DNA of 64,000 nt. Source: Nitrosopumilus sp. (GTDB lineage: Archaea; Thermoproteota; Nitrososphaeria; Nitrososphaerales; Nitrosopumilaceae). Location: positions 384,001 through 448,000 of the forward strand of contig OY763927.2 in assembly GCA_963667665.2 (NCBI GenBank), written 5' to 3'. Positions 22,334-33,029 of this stretch are shown piece after piece. The translations under genes were made by a program, and so were the position numbers. Numbering within the stretch: position 1 is the first letter of the stretch; each line of letters starts with the position of its first letter. Below the pieces are notes generated by a model. That model was not told where the DNA came from, searched no databases, and saw nothing but the letters and a program-made list of their open reading frames with translations.

Positions 22334-23581
22334 ATGAATAAGTACATTATTTTTTCAGTTGTGGTGGCAGTCGTATTGGTGTCTGTTAGTACTTATTTTC
22401 TATTAATTGATTCAAAAAATATGGATACTCAACTAGTTACATCTGAAACATCGCTACCCTTAACTGTCAATATAGGTGTATTATTGCCTATCACTGGAGT
22501 CATGTCTAGTCATGGACAAGATAGCAATATTGCAACTCAATTTGCAGCTAAAAACTTTAATCAGTATTTAGAATCAGTTGGTGCTACATGGCGGGTAAAT
22601 CTAGTTATGGAAGATTCACAAACTGATCCTGTAATTGCATTAGAAAAACTTCAATCTTTAAACTCCAAGGGCATCAAACTTGTTTTAGGACCCGATTCAA
22701 GTGCAGAAGTTAAAAGCATAAAGTCTTATGTTGATTCTAATGATATGTTAGTGCTTAGTCCTTCTTCAACCGCCCCAAACCTTGCCATTGATGATAATAT
22801 TTTTAGATTAATCCCTGATGACACTAAACAAAGTGTAGTTATTGCTAAAATGCTGGATCATTATGGAATTAAAGTTGTAATTCCAATATACAGGGGTGAT
22901 GTATGGGGTGATGGCCTCTATGAGTCTACAAAATTATCATTTGAGGCCAAAGATGGTATAGTTGATTCAGGCATTCGTTATTCTACTGAAAGTACTGTCT
23001 TTTCCACAGAAGTAAAGCTGTTATCAGATAGTGTATCAAAGTATTCTCAGGATTATAGTACTGATCAAATTGCAGTTTTGTTGATAGGCTTTACAGAATC
23101 TGTACACATTTTAAATTCTGCAAGTTCATATGATGAACTTAACAATGTAAGATGGTTTGGTGCAGATGGCACCACAAATGATGTTAATATATCTAATGAT
23201 AGAATAGCCTCAGAGTTTGCCCAGTCTACTAACTTTACTTCAACTCAGTTCTCTCCATCTAAAAATGAAACCTTTGAGCTGGTTCAAAATCATATAATTG
23301 ACACGGTAGGTTCACCACCTAGTAGTTATGTCTATTCATCATATGATAGCCTGTGGGTGTTGGGTCTGACAATACATCATACAAACTCTATTGATACTAG
23401 TATCTTAAAACAAAACATACCTGAAATTGCATCAAATCATATTGGTGCTATTGGGCAGATAAATTTTAACGAGTATGGTGATTTGTCAGTAGCTGATTAC
23501 GAACTTTGGTCTATTGTTGATGGTAAATGGATTCGTAGTGGACACTATAATGCTTTTACCGATACTCTAGAATTGTTTTGA
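22334..23581 (+). CDS. ABC transporter substrate-binding protein, LivK/branched-chain amino acid family
   Basis: N-terminal TM; IGVLLPITG, EDSQTDP, LSPSSTAP.L, FRLIPDD, YDSLW, GAIGQINFNEYGD. Confidence 0.9.
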   Translation: MNKYIIFSVVVAVVLVSVSTYFLLIDSKNMDTQLVTSETSLPLTVNIGVLLPITGVMSSHGQDSNIATQFAAKNFNQYLESVGATWRVNLVMEDSQTDPVIALEKLQSLNSKGIKLVLGPDSSAEVKSIKSYVDSNDMLVLSPSSTAPNLAIDDNIFRLIPDDTKQSVVIAKMLDHYGIKVVIPIYRGDVWGDGLYESTKLSFEAKDGIVDSGIRYSTESTVFSTEVKLLSDSVSKYSQDYSTDQIAVLLIGFTESVHILNSASSYDELNNVRWFGADGTTNDVNISNDRIASEFAQSTNFTSTQFSPSKNETFELVQNHIIDTVGSPPSSYVYSSYDSLWVLGLTIHHTNSIDTSILKQNIPEIASNHIGAIGQINFNEYGDLSVADYELWSIVDGKWIRSGHYNAFTDTLELF

Positions 23582-23931
23582 CACTTAGAATATCTGAGAT
23601 ACAAAAACAATTTGGTGGTAATATTATACTGGACAAAATATCAACTAGTTTTTTACCAAATCGTATTAATCTACTAATTGGTGCAAATGGTTCAGGAAAA
23701 ACAACTCTGATCAACATCATATCTGGATTATTTGGGGCAGATAAAGGGAATATATTTTTCAAAGATTACAACATAACTAATTACAGTTCAGATAAGATTT
23801 TTCTTTTGGGTATAACTAGAACTTTTCAAACACCCCGTCTTTTTGCAAATCTTTCAGTTTTAGAAAATATGTTGCTAGCCTCTACTGAAATTGATGAGTC
23901 TTTTAGTTCTTCGTTATTTGGTATAAATTAG
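23578..23931 (+). pseudogene. LivG-like ABC ATPase, 3' truncated
   Basis: Walker A GANGSGKTT and RTFQTPRLF.NLSVLEN; ends before the signature and Walker B motifs. Confidence 0.85.
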
Positions 23932-24085
23932 AAAAAACAACAAAAAAAGTAGAATAGATAAATCTGGAGAAATCAGAATTAATGTTATTGCAACACAAGA
24001 CGAAGTACCTGAGGGGTTGCGTTTATTATTAAACATAATGAGGGATTCCATAAATGGGTCTACTGACCAAACCAAAAAGACATAA
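23926..24085 (+). pseudogene. C-terminal fragment of a DUF2589-like protein
   Basis: Hand translation: SRIDKSGEIRINVIATQDEVPEGLRLLLNIMRDSI; no start. Confidence 0.45.
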
Positions 24086-24950
24086 GCTAGTTGATCTGAT
24101 AGGCAGCACATCCAAAGCCATATCTGATTCGTATGCTCACACTACAAAATCTGCTCTAGAGTATATTGATGAGAGTCTTGAAAATAAAAATCCCAAGACA
24201 CTTGATTTTAGTATAGGTGGAAAAGATTTTCATTTTCCCATAATTTCATTATACCCTCCACCTGCCCTTACAGTAAAAAAAGCAACTGTCACAATAAAAA
24301 CATCTATTGTTGATATTGAAAATGGTGAAATAATTACAGAAGAACATGATGCAACCTTTGCTATATCCAAAGTACCATGTAATGCTGCAAGTAATACAGC
24401 ACAGTGTACTGAGTTGTCAATTAGTGATGTATTGTTTAGAGAGGCAATGTATGATGAGCCATTCCTTATAGAGGCAATTGATATGAAACGTAAATCAACA
24501 ACACACTTCATGAATGAGGGCTTGTTAATTACTGGCGACTCTCTAAATGATCCTCCTATAACTGAGCTTTCAAAGAAAATCTCATCACAGTCTGGTTTTA
24601 TTGTCTATGAATTAACCAGAACTGATAAGATAAATAACATATGGACTGACCAGTTCGGGTACACTTGGAGTGAATCCAACCCTGGAAACTGGTTCTATGT
24701 AGATGGACCTAAACCAATCGTTTCAAGTGCATGTACTAATACAAACAATAGATACTGTGATGTCTTTGCAGATAAAATCAAATGGCATACTGATAATATG
24801 GAAAAGATGAGGGATTCTATCTATGGTGATATTTACACAATTGCAGAGTTTGATGACTTGGATGATCCTGTCACATTAATAGAAACACCTGGTAACTCTA
24901 GGACTCAGTTCCTGGAGGATAATGGAATGTCTTGGGTTCGTACTGGATAA
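24054..24950 (+). CDS. Probable chimeric ORF: DUF2589-like N-terminus joined to an unrelated C-terminal domain
   Basis: FHFPIISLYPPPALTVKKATV is DUF2589-like; after ~24345 the sequence changes to a Cys-containing, extracellular-looking domain. Confidence 0.45.
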   Translation: MGLLTKPKRHKLVDLIGSTSKAISDSYAHTTKSALEYIDESLENKNPKTLDFSIGGKDFHFPIISLYPPPALTVKKATVTIKTSIVDIENGEIITEEHDATFAISKVPCNAASNTAQCTELSISDVLFREAMYDEPFLIEAIDMKRKSTTHFMNEGLLITGDSLNDPPITELSKKISSQSGFIVYELTRTDKINNIWTDQFGYTWSESNPGNWFYVDGPKPIVSSACTNTNNRYCDVFADKIKWHTDNMEKMRDSIYGDIYTIAEFDDLDDPVTLIETPGNSRTQFLEDNGMSWVRTG

Positions 24951-25545
24951 ATATAAAAAATTATAATCTTATTGAATAGTAGAGGCTCAGCTTACATAAC
25001 TAAACTATTATACTGTGATTAAAACAATAATGGTAGAAGGCTCAGATATGATTCAAATCATATTCGATGATCGAATCAAAATGTCACGGCTTCATCATCG
25101 CCTTCTATTTTTTCATAATATTTTATTAATATCTACTGTTAATCAAACCTTCAATTTTATCTATCTGAGTGCGTTCATGTGGACTTTATTCAACTAGAAT
25201 TAAAACGCTTTTGACTATGGTCTTTTTTTGTAGAATAACATCCAAAGATTGCACTCGATTTCGTTTAGTGTATAAAAATTAATGGATGTGCCTTTTTGCT
25301 TGTAATAATTAAGAATTTTATAATTGATTTTTACCAGAAAACATTTTTATAATTAATAAAAATATAATTAATTCTATTAAATAACATCGTACTAAAAAAA
25401 GATTTCAAATTATTGCGTTTCATAAAATAATTATATTTTATTACTTGTTAATATTTAAAATGATGATTGATTAATATATTCTTTGTCTACGATCGTAACG
25501 TAACCTAATAAATAAATACTCTATTATTTTAACACAATTCTAATA

Positions 25546-26274
25546 GTGATGCTAAAAAATATTTTTCTAGTCTTATTGGTAGTTATAGTGTCACTTACTA
25601 CAAATCATGTATATGGACAGTCTATGAATTCTCAACTTACTCCGACAGATGTAAGTAATCCACCAACTAATCTAATCTCACAATTATTTTTGGGTGATAT
25701 TATTTTATCTTGGAGTTCCCCTACCAATTATCATACTGCATATGATATACAACGCTACAACACTACTGATAGTGTTTGGGTTACTATTGGCACAACAACT
25801 GATGCATCATTTATTATAACAAGTGATAGTAACGATGGGGCTGATACAATTATTGATACAAACAAATATCGTACTATTATTGATAGTGGAACTTCAATAC
25901 TTGAAACAAATGAGATATCTATTCCTCCAATAAGTAGAGTAGCTCCACATGGCATTACTTCTGTGTTAAGTATTGGGCATCAAAGAACAGTATCTACTGC
26001 AGATGAAGAAACACCATACTATACTTCTAATCTTGTGGGTAGTAATACTGTATCATATATCAAAAGTGAGACTACTGTTGAGAGAGGTCATGTTTCATCT
26101 GGGATAGATTCACATCCCTATATTTACATTGATGGTCAATATCATTCATATGCTAATTGTCATTCTGATATTGGATCACCTTCAAATGGTACATTTCCAT
26201 TTTTTTCATTTGACCATATGGTATCTTTTCTTTTTCTTTCATTGGAGGTGATGCAAAAATTTCTTCTGAGATAA
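25546..26274 (+). CDS. Secreted fibronectin-III-like protein, probably truncated
   Basis: Signal peptide ...VYGQ; PTNL...LSWSSP...YDIQR...WVTIGT; atypical C-terminus. Confidence 0.55.
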   Translation: MMLKNIFLVLLVVIVSLTTNHVYGQSMNSQLTPTDVSNPPTNLISQLFLGDIILSWSSPTNYHTAYDIQRYNTTDSVWVTIGTTTDASFIITSDSNDGADTIIDTNKYRTIIDSGTSILETNEISIPPISRVAPHGITSVLSIGHQRTVSTADEETPYYTSNLVGSNTVSYIKSETTVERGHVSSGIDSHPYIYIDGQYHSYANCHSDIGSPSNGTFPFFSFDHMVSFLFLSLEVMQKFLLR

Positions 26275-26597
26275 TTGTAAATCCAAATGTTAGTAGTAAC
26301 ATTGACATAAGAACTGCAGTATACTTTTTCATTTCCTTATCTTGTTATTTTTCAAAATTGTTCTTAAGTTAATGTTAGTTGAAAATATTACACAACTTGT
26401 ATTTTTTCCCATTTTTGGGATTTGACATAAATTTTGCTTATTGTTCTTCAAATTCAATGTCATTTTGCAGTTCTTCTGGCAGTCCTACCCACCACTCTTT
26501 ATTGTTATCAGACATACTATCCAAAAAAGATCAAATGTTGCTAATAGATCTGTTGGTTAAATCTTTAAAGTAGTTGTTCAACAAAATCTGACAAAAT

Positions 26598-27071
26598 CTA
26601 ATCTTTCGAATAACTGATATCTGATGTGTCATCTGAAATCTTAATTTTTACAACAAGTGTATCTCCTAATTTGTTAAACACTCTCTGACGTTTCTCATTA
26701 GTTAGAATCCAGCCTAGAAGTACATCTACTGGAAGTAAAAATGCTTTTCCAAAACTACCAATAATGACTCCTTTCAAGCTAGGACTGTTTCCAGATATAT
26801 TAGTCACCTTCAAATTTAGAATTTTCTTCCCAATTGTTTGACCTGTTTTATACTCTAAGATTATCCAATATGCAAAAAATAAGAGACTTGTTGGAATGTA
26901 TTGTGTGCTTTTTGCCAAAATTGCATCTTCATCATAATCTATTGTTCCAAATGATGCAAAAATTATGGATGTTGAAATTATTGAAATTATTATAAAATCA
27001 ATTAACCAAGCAAGGAATCTATCTGTCCATTTTGCAAGAATTATTTTTGAAGATACCCCTGAATCACTCAT
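26598..27071 (-). CDS. RDD family membrane protein
   Basis: DRFLAWLID, GQTIGKKILNLKV, QRVFNKLGDTLVV. Confidence 0.9.
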   Translation of the reverse strand: MSDSGVSSKIILAKWTDRFLAWLIDFIIISIISTSIIFASFGTIDYDEDAILAKSTQYIPTSLLFFAYWIILEYKTGQTIGKKILNLKVTNISGNSPSLKGVIIGSFGKAFLLPVDVLLGWILTNEKRQRVFNKLGDTLVVKIKISDDTSDISYSKD

Positions 27072-27194
27072 GAGATTATTGATGATTTCAAATTAATAAA
27101 ATGTGTTATGGATGACAGGTTGTTATAATTAATCAACCCACTTCTAAACTTCAATACTCTTAAGTTCATACAAAATTTAGATAATTATCATACA

Positions 27195-28064
27195 ATGTCA
27201 AAATCAACTACAATAATCCCCATCCTAGTCGCACTAGTTGCAATTGTTACCCCATCTCTCACTTTTGTGGATTCTATCAATCCATTTTCAGCCCCAAATA
27301 TTGAATATTACATAGAACCTAAAGCAGAAAATTATCTATTAACTTTGAAAAATTCAGGAAACACTCAAGCTACAAATGTAACTGCCATACTTACATCTGA
27401 AAAATCTATTTTTGAGTCTAATTAAACAAGGATAGCATTTAGTTCGATAGACTTTGAAAATTTGATTATAACCAATACAACATTAAACATGGAAATTCCA
27501 AAATTCCCACCAGGTGATGGTTCAAGAATTAAAATTGAATTTCCTCAAATGGACGGTACTACAGCTGAATCTATGAAGTTTCAGCTCAAGACATATTTTG
27601 TATATGATCAAGGCAGCAACTCACAAAATGTGGTTTTCAGTTTCGCTACTATGCTAGGAATTATTCTAGGAGTAGAAATACCTGCAATCTTTATTTTTGG
27701 TTCTTACTATCATTCTCGAAAGAGCACCATGAAAATGGTTAAAGAGTTATTACAAATTAGATATCGGTTAGTAAATAGTATCCAAAATAATAATTTATCA
27801 AAAATAAACCTTAAACCTATAATAACAAAATATTATAAAAGAACGGCATTAGCAAATCATTCTTTGATACAAGAATATACTACAATGTTAGATTTTGAGC
27901 AATTATTAGAAGAAAGAAACAATATGCAAGGAGTAAATTACCAATTCAAAAATAAATCATGTTTATCAAAATTAGATAGCATACTGAATCAAACCAATTG
28001 GTCTGCCCATTACGAAATACAAACTATTTTCAGAATAATGTTTTTTAGAATTAGATACAAATAA
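27195..28064 (+). pseudogene. Membrane-anchored protein split by in-frame TAA (27423-27425)
   Basis: ORFs 27195 and 27462 are in the same frame; signal peptide, Ig-like part, TM, cytoplasmic tail. Confidence 0.6.
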
Positions 28065-28275
28065 GATAATAATTAGATTCTAAGTCTTTTTTCAATAAAA
28101 AACAGATAATCTAAAATGTCTTCATAATTTTGAATGTATATTGTCAGATGGATAGAATCAATTATTTTCTTATGAGCAGACAAGACATTCTTACTGAAAA
28201 AGAAATTAAAAACATTGTAAAAGATTTGAAAGGTCACGTAACTACATAATTTCAAAACTGATTTTTCTATATGAT

Positions 28276-28725
28276 TTATCTGAACATATTCTCGGTAGCT
28301 TCATTCACTTTTGGAACTTTTAATGATTGGTCTGCTCCACGGAATAATTCTGCTAATTCCTGTAATACAAAGAATCCATCAATAACTGTATCAAATAACA
28401 TTTGTGGAGAAAAATTTTGTTGAATTAAAAATTTGAATCCTTCTACTGCCGTAAAATCTTCCGCTATCATCGGAGTAAAATTTCGTTCTCTAAGTGGTTT
28501 AGAAAATAGTTTATTGATTTCGATTTTTTCTGCATCAGGTTTGGCTTTGTAATCTCCCTTGAGGCTTGTCCCTACTCCAACAGAAGCTATTATTCTTAAC
28601 ATATCGAATTTAGGAAGATATTCTACGAATACTACAAAATTATCTGCTTCAAAAGGTCTAATTTTTATTGCAAATTTTACATCTTCATTTTTAGACCCAA
28701 ATTCCTCTACACGTAGTATTTCCAA
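28276..28725 (-). CDS. Hypothetical protein (DUF2299-like)
   Basis: 149-aa ORF with protein-like composition; family call weak; start uncertain. Confidence 0.5.
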   Translation of the reverse strand: MEILRVEEFGSKNEDVKFAIKIRPFEADNFVVFVEYLPKFDMLRIIASVGVGTSLKGDYKAKPDAEKIEINKLFSKPLRERNFTPMIAEDFTAVEGFKFLIQQNFSPQMLFDTVIDGFFVLQELAELFRGADQSLKVPKVNEATENMFR

Positions 28726-29038
28726 AGTCTTCAGGATTTTTTTCTTAAGTTTGAGTACGTCAGTTAAGTAAAAATATAATACCCGTCATCACCATAAAAG
28801 ACTATGGTTACAATACCAAAAAAAGTCACTTTTGGGGATCTTGTCATAGAACAGGATGAAGATGTATTACGTATCCAAGAATTATTTAGAAAATAGATAT
28901 TTTCTCAAGACAAACCATTCAATTTTGGCATAATTTGTTTTATTATTTACAACATTTTGTATGAAGTAAAATGTGTTACTCATTAGCTAACGCCAATTGC
29001 AATACAGTTGCTTTATCTATGTATGAGAATTATAATCC

Positions 29039-29170
29039 ATGAAAGCAAAATTTGCGACATCTTGTATATCTTGTGGTGATAATATTCAGCCTGGAAAAGA
29101 AATTGTCAAAAATAATGATGAAAAATGGGTTCACAAGCATTGTGCTGATGATTCAGAAGAATTACCCTAA
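29039..29170 (+). CDS. Small Zn-binding protein (43 aa)
   Basis: MKAKFATSCISCGDNIQPGKEI...WVHKHC; below ORF-track cutoff. Confidence 0.75.
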   Translation: MKAKFATSCISCGDNIQPGKEIVKNNDEKWVHKHCADDSEELP

Positions 29171-29199
29171 AAATTAATAGCCTCCTATTTCAAATAAAT

Positions 29200-30045
29200 T
29201 TGAAATTATTTTTGGTCTCAATAAATCCACTTGATGTATTTCTATGGACTCTTCGTCGAAACGAAAAAGATGTTGTAAATCTTTACAATGCATTATCTCC
29301 AGTAATGCAACTTGCAACTGGAGGATCTATGCTGAATTTTGGATATTGGGATAATGAAAATTCTGATCCAATTTCTGCTCAAAACAATCTGTGTTCTAAT
29401 TTTGCAAAAATGGCTGAACTAGAAACTGCTAAAACTATAATTGATGTTGGAAGTGGATTATCGGCCCCTGCAATTTTTTGGAGAAATAATTTTGAAAACT
29501 TGTCAATTTATTGTGTAAATATCAATCATTCTCAACTTCTTTATTCAGGTAGTCAAAAAAATATAGAATTCATAAACTCGTCTTCTACAAAATTACCTTT
29601 CTCTAAACATTCTATTGACCGTGTTTTGGCATTAGAATCCGCACAACACTTCAAACCAATTTCAGAATTTATCTCTGAATCAAAAAGAGTGTTATCTGAT
29701 TCTGGATTACTTGTTTTGGCAATTCCTGTTACTGTAAATACATCATCAATTTCAAAATTAGGAATTTTAAAATTTACCTGGTCATCTGAACATTATAGTT
29801 TAGAACAGATTCGTAAGGTAGTTACTTTAGGTGGGTTTACAATTTCTGAAGAAAAACTAATTGGTTCTTCTGTTTATGATCCTTTGGCTGATTATTATCT
29901 TCAAAAAAGAAACCAATTGAAAGAATTAATCTCACAACAATACCCATCATATGTTGAATCTCTTCTTTTCAAATCAATTCAAAAAATGAAAAAAGCATCA
30001 AAAGAGAAAATAATTGATTATGTGTTATTAAAATGCCATTTGTAG
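29200..30045 (+). CDS. Class I SAM-dependent methyltransferase
   Basis: MLNFGYW, IIDVGSGL, DRVLALESAQHF. Confidence 0.9.
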   Translation: MKLFLVSINPLDVFLWTLRRNEKDVVNLYNALSPVMQLATGGSMLNFGYWDNENSDPISAQNNLCSNFAKMAELETAKTIIDVGSGLSAPAIFWRNNFENLSIYCVNINHSQLLYSGSQKNIEFINSSSTKLPFSKHSIDRVLALESAQHFKPISEFISESKRVLSDSGLLVLAIPVTVNTSSISKLGILKFTWSSEHYSLEQIRKVVTLGGFTISEEKLIGSSVYDPLADYYLQKRNQLKELISQQYPSYVESLLFKSIQKMKKASKEKIIDYVLLKCHL

Positions 30046-30104
30046 TGAAATTCTTAAAATCCATAGGCTAGGTTTTTATTTTTGACGTCATAACTGAGTT
30101 TATC

Positions 30105-30494
30105 GTGTCAAATCTAGATGTTACTTTGAAGTTGTATGCTAAAAAATGTACTAGTCTTCTTGGAGAATCTGAAATCCGATTTGCAGGAATTATTAACAAA
30201 GATGGTAAACTTGTAGCTGGTGGATTTAAAGAAGGAATTACTCCTTATGAAAACGATGAGACTAAACTACAGTCCTTTTTTGAGTTTGTTTCAAAAGTAT
30301 CTATTCGAAAAGAACTCGATGAAAGCTTAGGGCCGATTAATTATCTTGCTGCTAGGCGAGACAAGGCAGTTTTAGTAAGTTTTCCATTTCCTATCACACA
30401 AATTCTACTGCTGATATCTGCAGAACCTACTGTCAACATTGAAAGTTTGGCTAAAAAAGTTGTTGAAATATTCACCGATGTCAATCAATTCTAA
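30105..30494 (+). CDS. Roadblock-like thaumarchaeal protein (DUF6659-type)
   Basis: IRFAGIIN.DGKLVAGGFK...LGPINY...RDK; paralog of 35615-36007. Confidence 0.75.
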   Translation: MSNLDVTLKLYAKKCTSLLGESEIRFAGIINKDGKLVAGGFKEGITPYENDETKLQSFFEFVSKVSIRKELDESLGPINYLAARRDKAVLVSFPFPITQILLLISAEPTVNIESLAKKVVEIFTDVNQF

Positions 30495-30545
30495 TTGAAC
30501 AATCTGACGAATTATTTAATAATGCCAAAAATTGATTTTTAGAAC

Positions 30546-31595
30546 ATGACTCGTTATTTCGCAATAATTTTCTTATTAGTGTTAATCCCTTTGAGTTTTT
30601 CTTTAGCATTTGGAAGTGTAGACGATTTCACAACTGACAAATCTCTCTATTATGAAGGCGACACACTGCATGTTTCTGGAACTGTTTCTTCTGAACTTGA
30701 TTCGCCTAATGTAACTATAGTAATTTTTAATCCTGGTAAATCTACATTCGTAACTCTTGGATCCGCCATTGCTAATTCTGATGGTAGTTTTTCATCTACT
30801 CTTCTGGTTGGCGGACCTACTTGGTCTACTTATGGATTCTATCCTATACAAGTAACATCTGAAGGGAGCAGTATGGAAAAATCTATAGAATACAGAGAAT
30901 CTTCCACAACTACACCCAAATCAACACCTGAACCCGGCTCTGCTCCTGAATCTATTTCTGAACCAACACCTGAACCCGGTTCTACTACTGAATCTATTTC
31001 TGAACCAACACCTACACAGTTTTCTACTTTTACCACATTAAAATTTCAAATTTCAAATTTTCCCTCCTTTGATAAATCCCCACAATACTATATTGATAGA
31101 TACAATGATGAATCTAGTTACAAGTCTTGGTTTGATTCACAGTTTCCTCTTAATTCCGTTGATGATGTAGTGGGTTACAAGTCAACTCCACTTGATGGTT
31201 TCCCATCTCTTGATAAATCCCCACAATATTATATTGATAGATACAATGATGAATCTAGTTACAAGTCTTGGTTTGATTCACAGTTTCCAGATATTTCTAT
31301 ATATAATATTTTAGGATATGAAAATCCTGTTCCTACACCAACCTGGATTAAAATTGATGCTAAATTATGGGCAACTGGTGATATAGATAATTCTGATTTT
31401 ACAACCGGAATAGAATTTATGTTAGAAAATAATATTATTATGATTTCTGACATTCCTACCGAAACTTCAGATAATGAAATTCCAGCTTGGGTTCGAAATA
31501 ATGCATTATGGTGGTCTCAGGATTTAGTTTCAGAATATGAATTTGTAAACTCTTTGAAATTTCTTATTCAGGACGGAATAATTTCAGTTAATTAA
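30546..31595 (+). CDS. Secreted surface protein with PEPGS linker, duplicated 30-aa motif and C-terminal IP.W.RNNA.WW domains
   Basis: Signal peptide; FPS.DKSPQYYIDRYNDESSYKSWFDSQFP twice. Confidence 0.8.
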   Translation: MTRYFAIIFLLVLIPLSFSLAFGSVDDFTTDKSLYYEGDTLHVSGTVSSELDSPNVTIVIFNPGKSTFVTLGSAIANSDGSFSSTLLVGGPTWSTYGFYPIQVTSEGSSMEKSIEYRESSTTTPKSTPEPGSAPESISEPTPEPGSTTESISEPTPTQFSTFTTLKFQISNFPSFDKSPQYYIDRYNDESSYKSWFDSQFPLNSVDDVVGYKSTPLDGFPSLDKSPQYYIDRYNDESSYKSWFDSQFPDISIYNILGYENPVPTPTWIKIDAKLWATGDIDNSDFTTGIEFMLENNIIMISDIPTETSDNEIPAWVRNNALWWSQDLVSEYEFVNSLKFLIQDGIISVN

Positions 31596-31647
31596 ATTTC
31601 AATTTGAACAAATAGTTTTAATTTGATATTGATTTACATTCATTAAA

Positions 31648-32103
31648 TTGAAAGCAACATTTGGCGCTGGGTGTTTTTGGCATGTCGAGGATTTACTTAG
31701 TAAAACCAAGGGTGTCAAATCTACCAAAGTTGGATATATTGGAGGCCAACTTCCTAATCCAACATATGAAGAGGTATGCACAGACAAAACAGGGCATGCT
31801 GAGGCTGTAGAGGTAGAGTATGATCCAGATGAGATATCTTATGAAGTACTTCTTGATGTATTTTGGAATAATCACAATCCCACAACATTGAATCGTCAAG
31901 GGCCTGATGTGGGAATTCAGTATCGCTCAGCAATTTTTTATCATAATGATGAACAAAAAGAAATTGCTGAAAAATCAAAACAAACAATTGAAAAATCTGG
32001 ACAATTTGAAAACCCAATTGTTACTGAAATTGTCCCTACTCTTACATTCTATGAGGCAGAAGAATATCATCAAAAATATTTTAAGAAACACGGATTATCA
32101 TAA
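31648..32103 (+). CDS. msrA: Peptide-methionine (S)-S-oxide reductase
   Basis: GAGCFW, PTYEEVC, RQGPDVG.QYRS, AEEYHQKY. Confidence 0.97.
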   Translation: MKATFGAGCFWHVEDLLSKTKGVKSTKVGYIGGQLPNPTYEEVCTDKTGHAEAVEVEYDPDEISYEVLLDVFWNNHNPTTLNRQGPDVGIQYRSAIFYHNDEQKEIAEKSKQTIEKSGQFENPIVTEIVPTLTFYEAEEYHQKYFKKHGLS

Positions 32104-32201
32104 AATTACTTCAACCATTTTAAAGATCTCAAAAGCCCTAAATGTGTTTGATCGTACAATTAACTAAAACTTATCTAGTGATAATTATTGACGATTTAAT
32201 A

Positions 32202-32993
32202 GTGGAAGAAAAATTTCTTCAGATTGATGGAAATAAGATCCGTTATCTAGAGTCTGGCAATTCTAAAAAAACACTTGTACTAATTCATGGATTGGGTGCA
32301 TCCGCTGAAAGATGGGATCAAGTAATTCCTCTTTTTGAAGATGAATTTCGTGTTGTAGTTCCTGATCTTATTGGGTTTGGTTATAGTGATAAACCTCTTG
32401 TGGATTATACTTCTGAGTTCTTTTCAGATTTTCTACAAAAATTTTTTGTTGCATCTGATATTAAACGACCTAATCTGATTGGTTCTTCATTAGGAGGACA
32501 AATATGTGCTGAATTTGCTGTTTCTCATTCTCAAGAAATTGAAAAACTTATTCTTGTTTCTCCTTCTGGAATGATGAAACAATCAACTCCTGCACTTGAT
32601 GCATATATTATGGCTGCTTTATATCCGAATGAAAAAAGTGCAAAAAATGCATTTGAATTGATGGAAGGTTCTGGAAAAAATGTTAATGAATTAATTGTTA
32701 ATGGATTTGTAGAAAGAATGCGATTACCTAATGCAAAACTCGCTTTCATGTCTACACTACTTGGAATAAAAAATTCTGAATTAATCACGTCTAAACTTCA
32801 AACAATTTCTACTCCTACTATGATTATTTGGGGATCCAATGATCCAGTTATTCCAATTCATCATGCCGATAGTTTTGTTTCAACAATTCAGGATTGTAGA
32901 TTTTTTAGAATGGATGGATGTGGTCATACACCATATGTTCAAGACCCGTACACTTTTGCTTCAAAAGTAAAGGAGTTTTTGAACGGCACTTAG
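32202..32993 (+). CDS. Alpha/beta hydrolase
   Basis: HGLG, PDLIGFGYSD, GSSLGG, WGSNDPVIP, CGHTP; GTG start assumed. Confidence 0.92.
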   Translation: MEEKFLQIDGNKIRYLESGNSKKTLVLIHGLGASAERWDQVIPLFEDEFRVVVPDLIGFGYSDKPLVDYTSEFFSDFLQKFFVASDIKRPNLIGSSLGGQICAEFAVSHSQEIEKLILVSPSGMMKQSTPALDAYIMAALYPNEKSAKNAFELMEGSGKNVNELIVNGFVERMRLPNAKLAFMSTLLGIKNSELITSKLQTISTPTMIIWGSNDPVIPIHHADSFVSTIQDCRFFRMDGCGHTPYVQDPYTFASKVKEFLNGT

Positions 32994-33029
32994 ATGGATT
33001 TATATACCATTTAAATCCGTTGATTACCA

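Noticed and set aside
26375-26515. Small minus-strand ORF MSDNNKEWWVGLPEELQ... with internal TAA
   Set aside because: Possibly a small pseudogene, but too short to support without a search.
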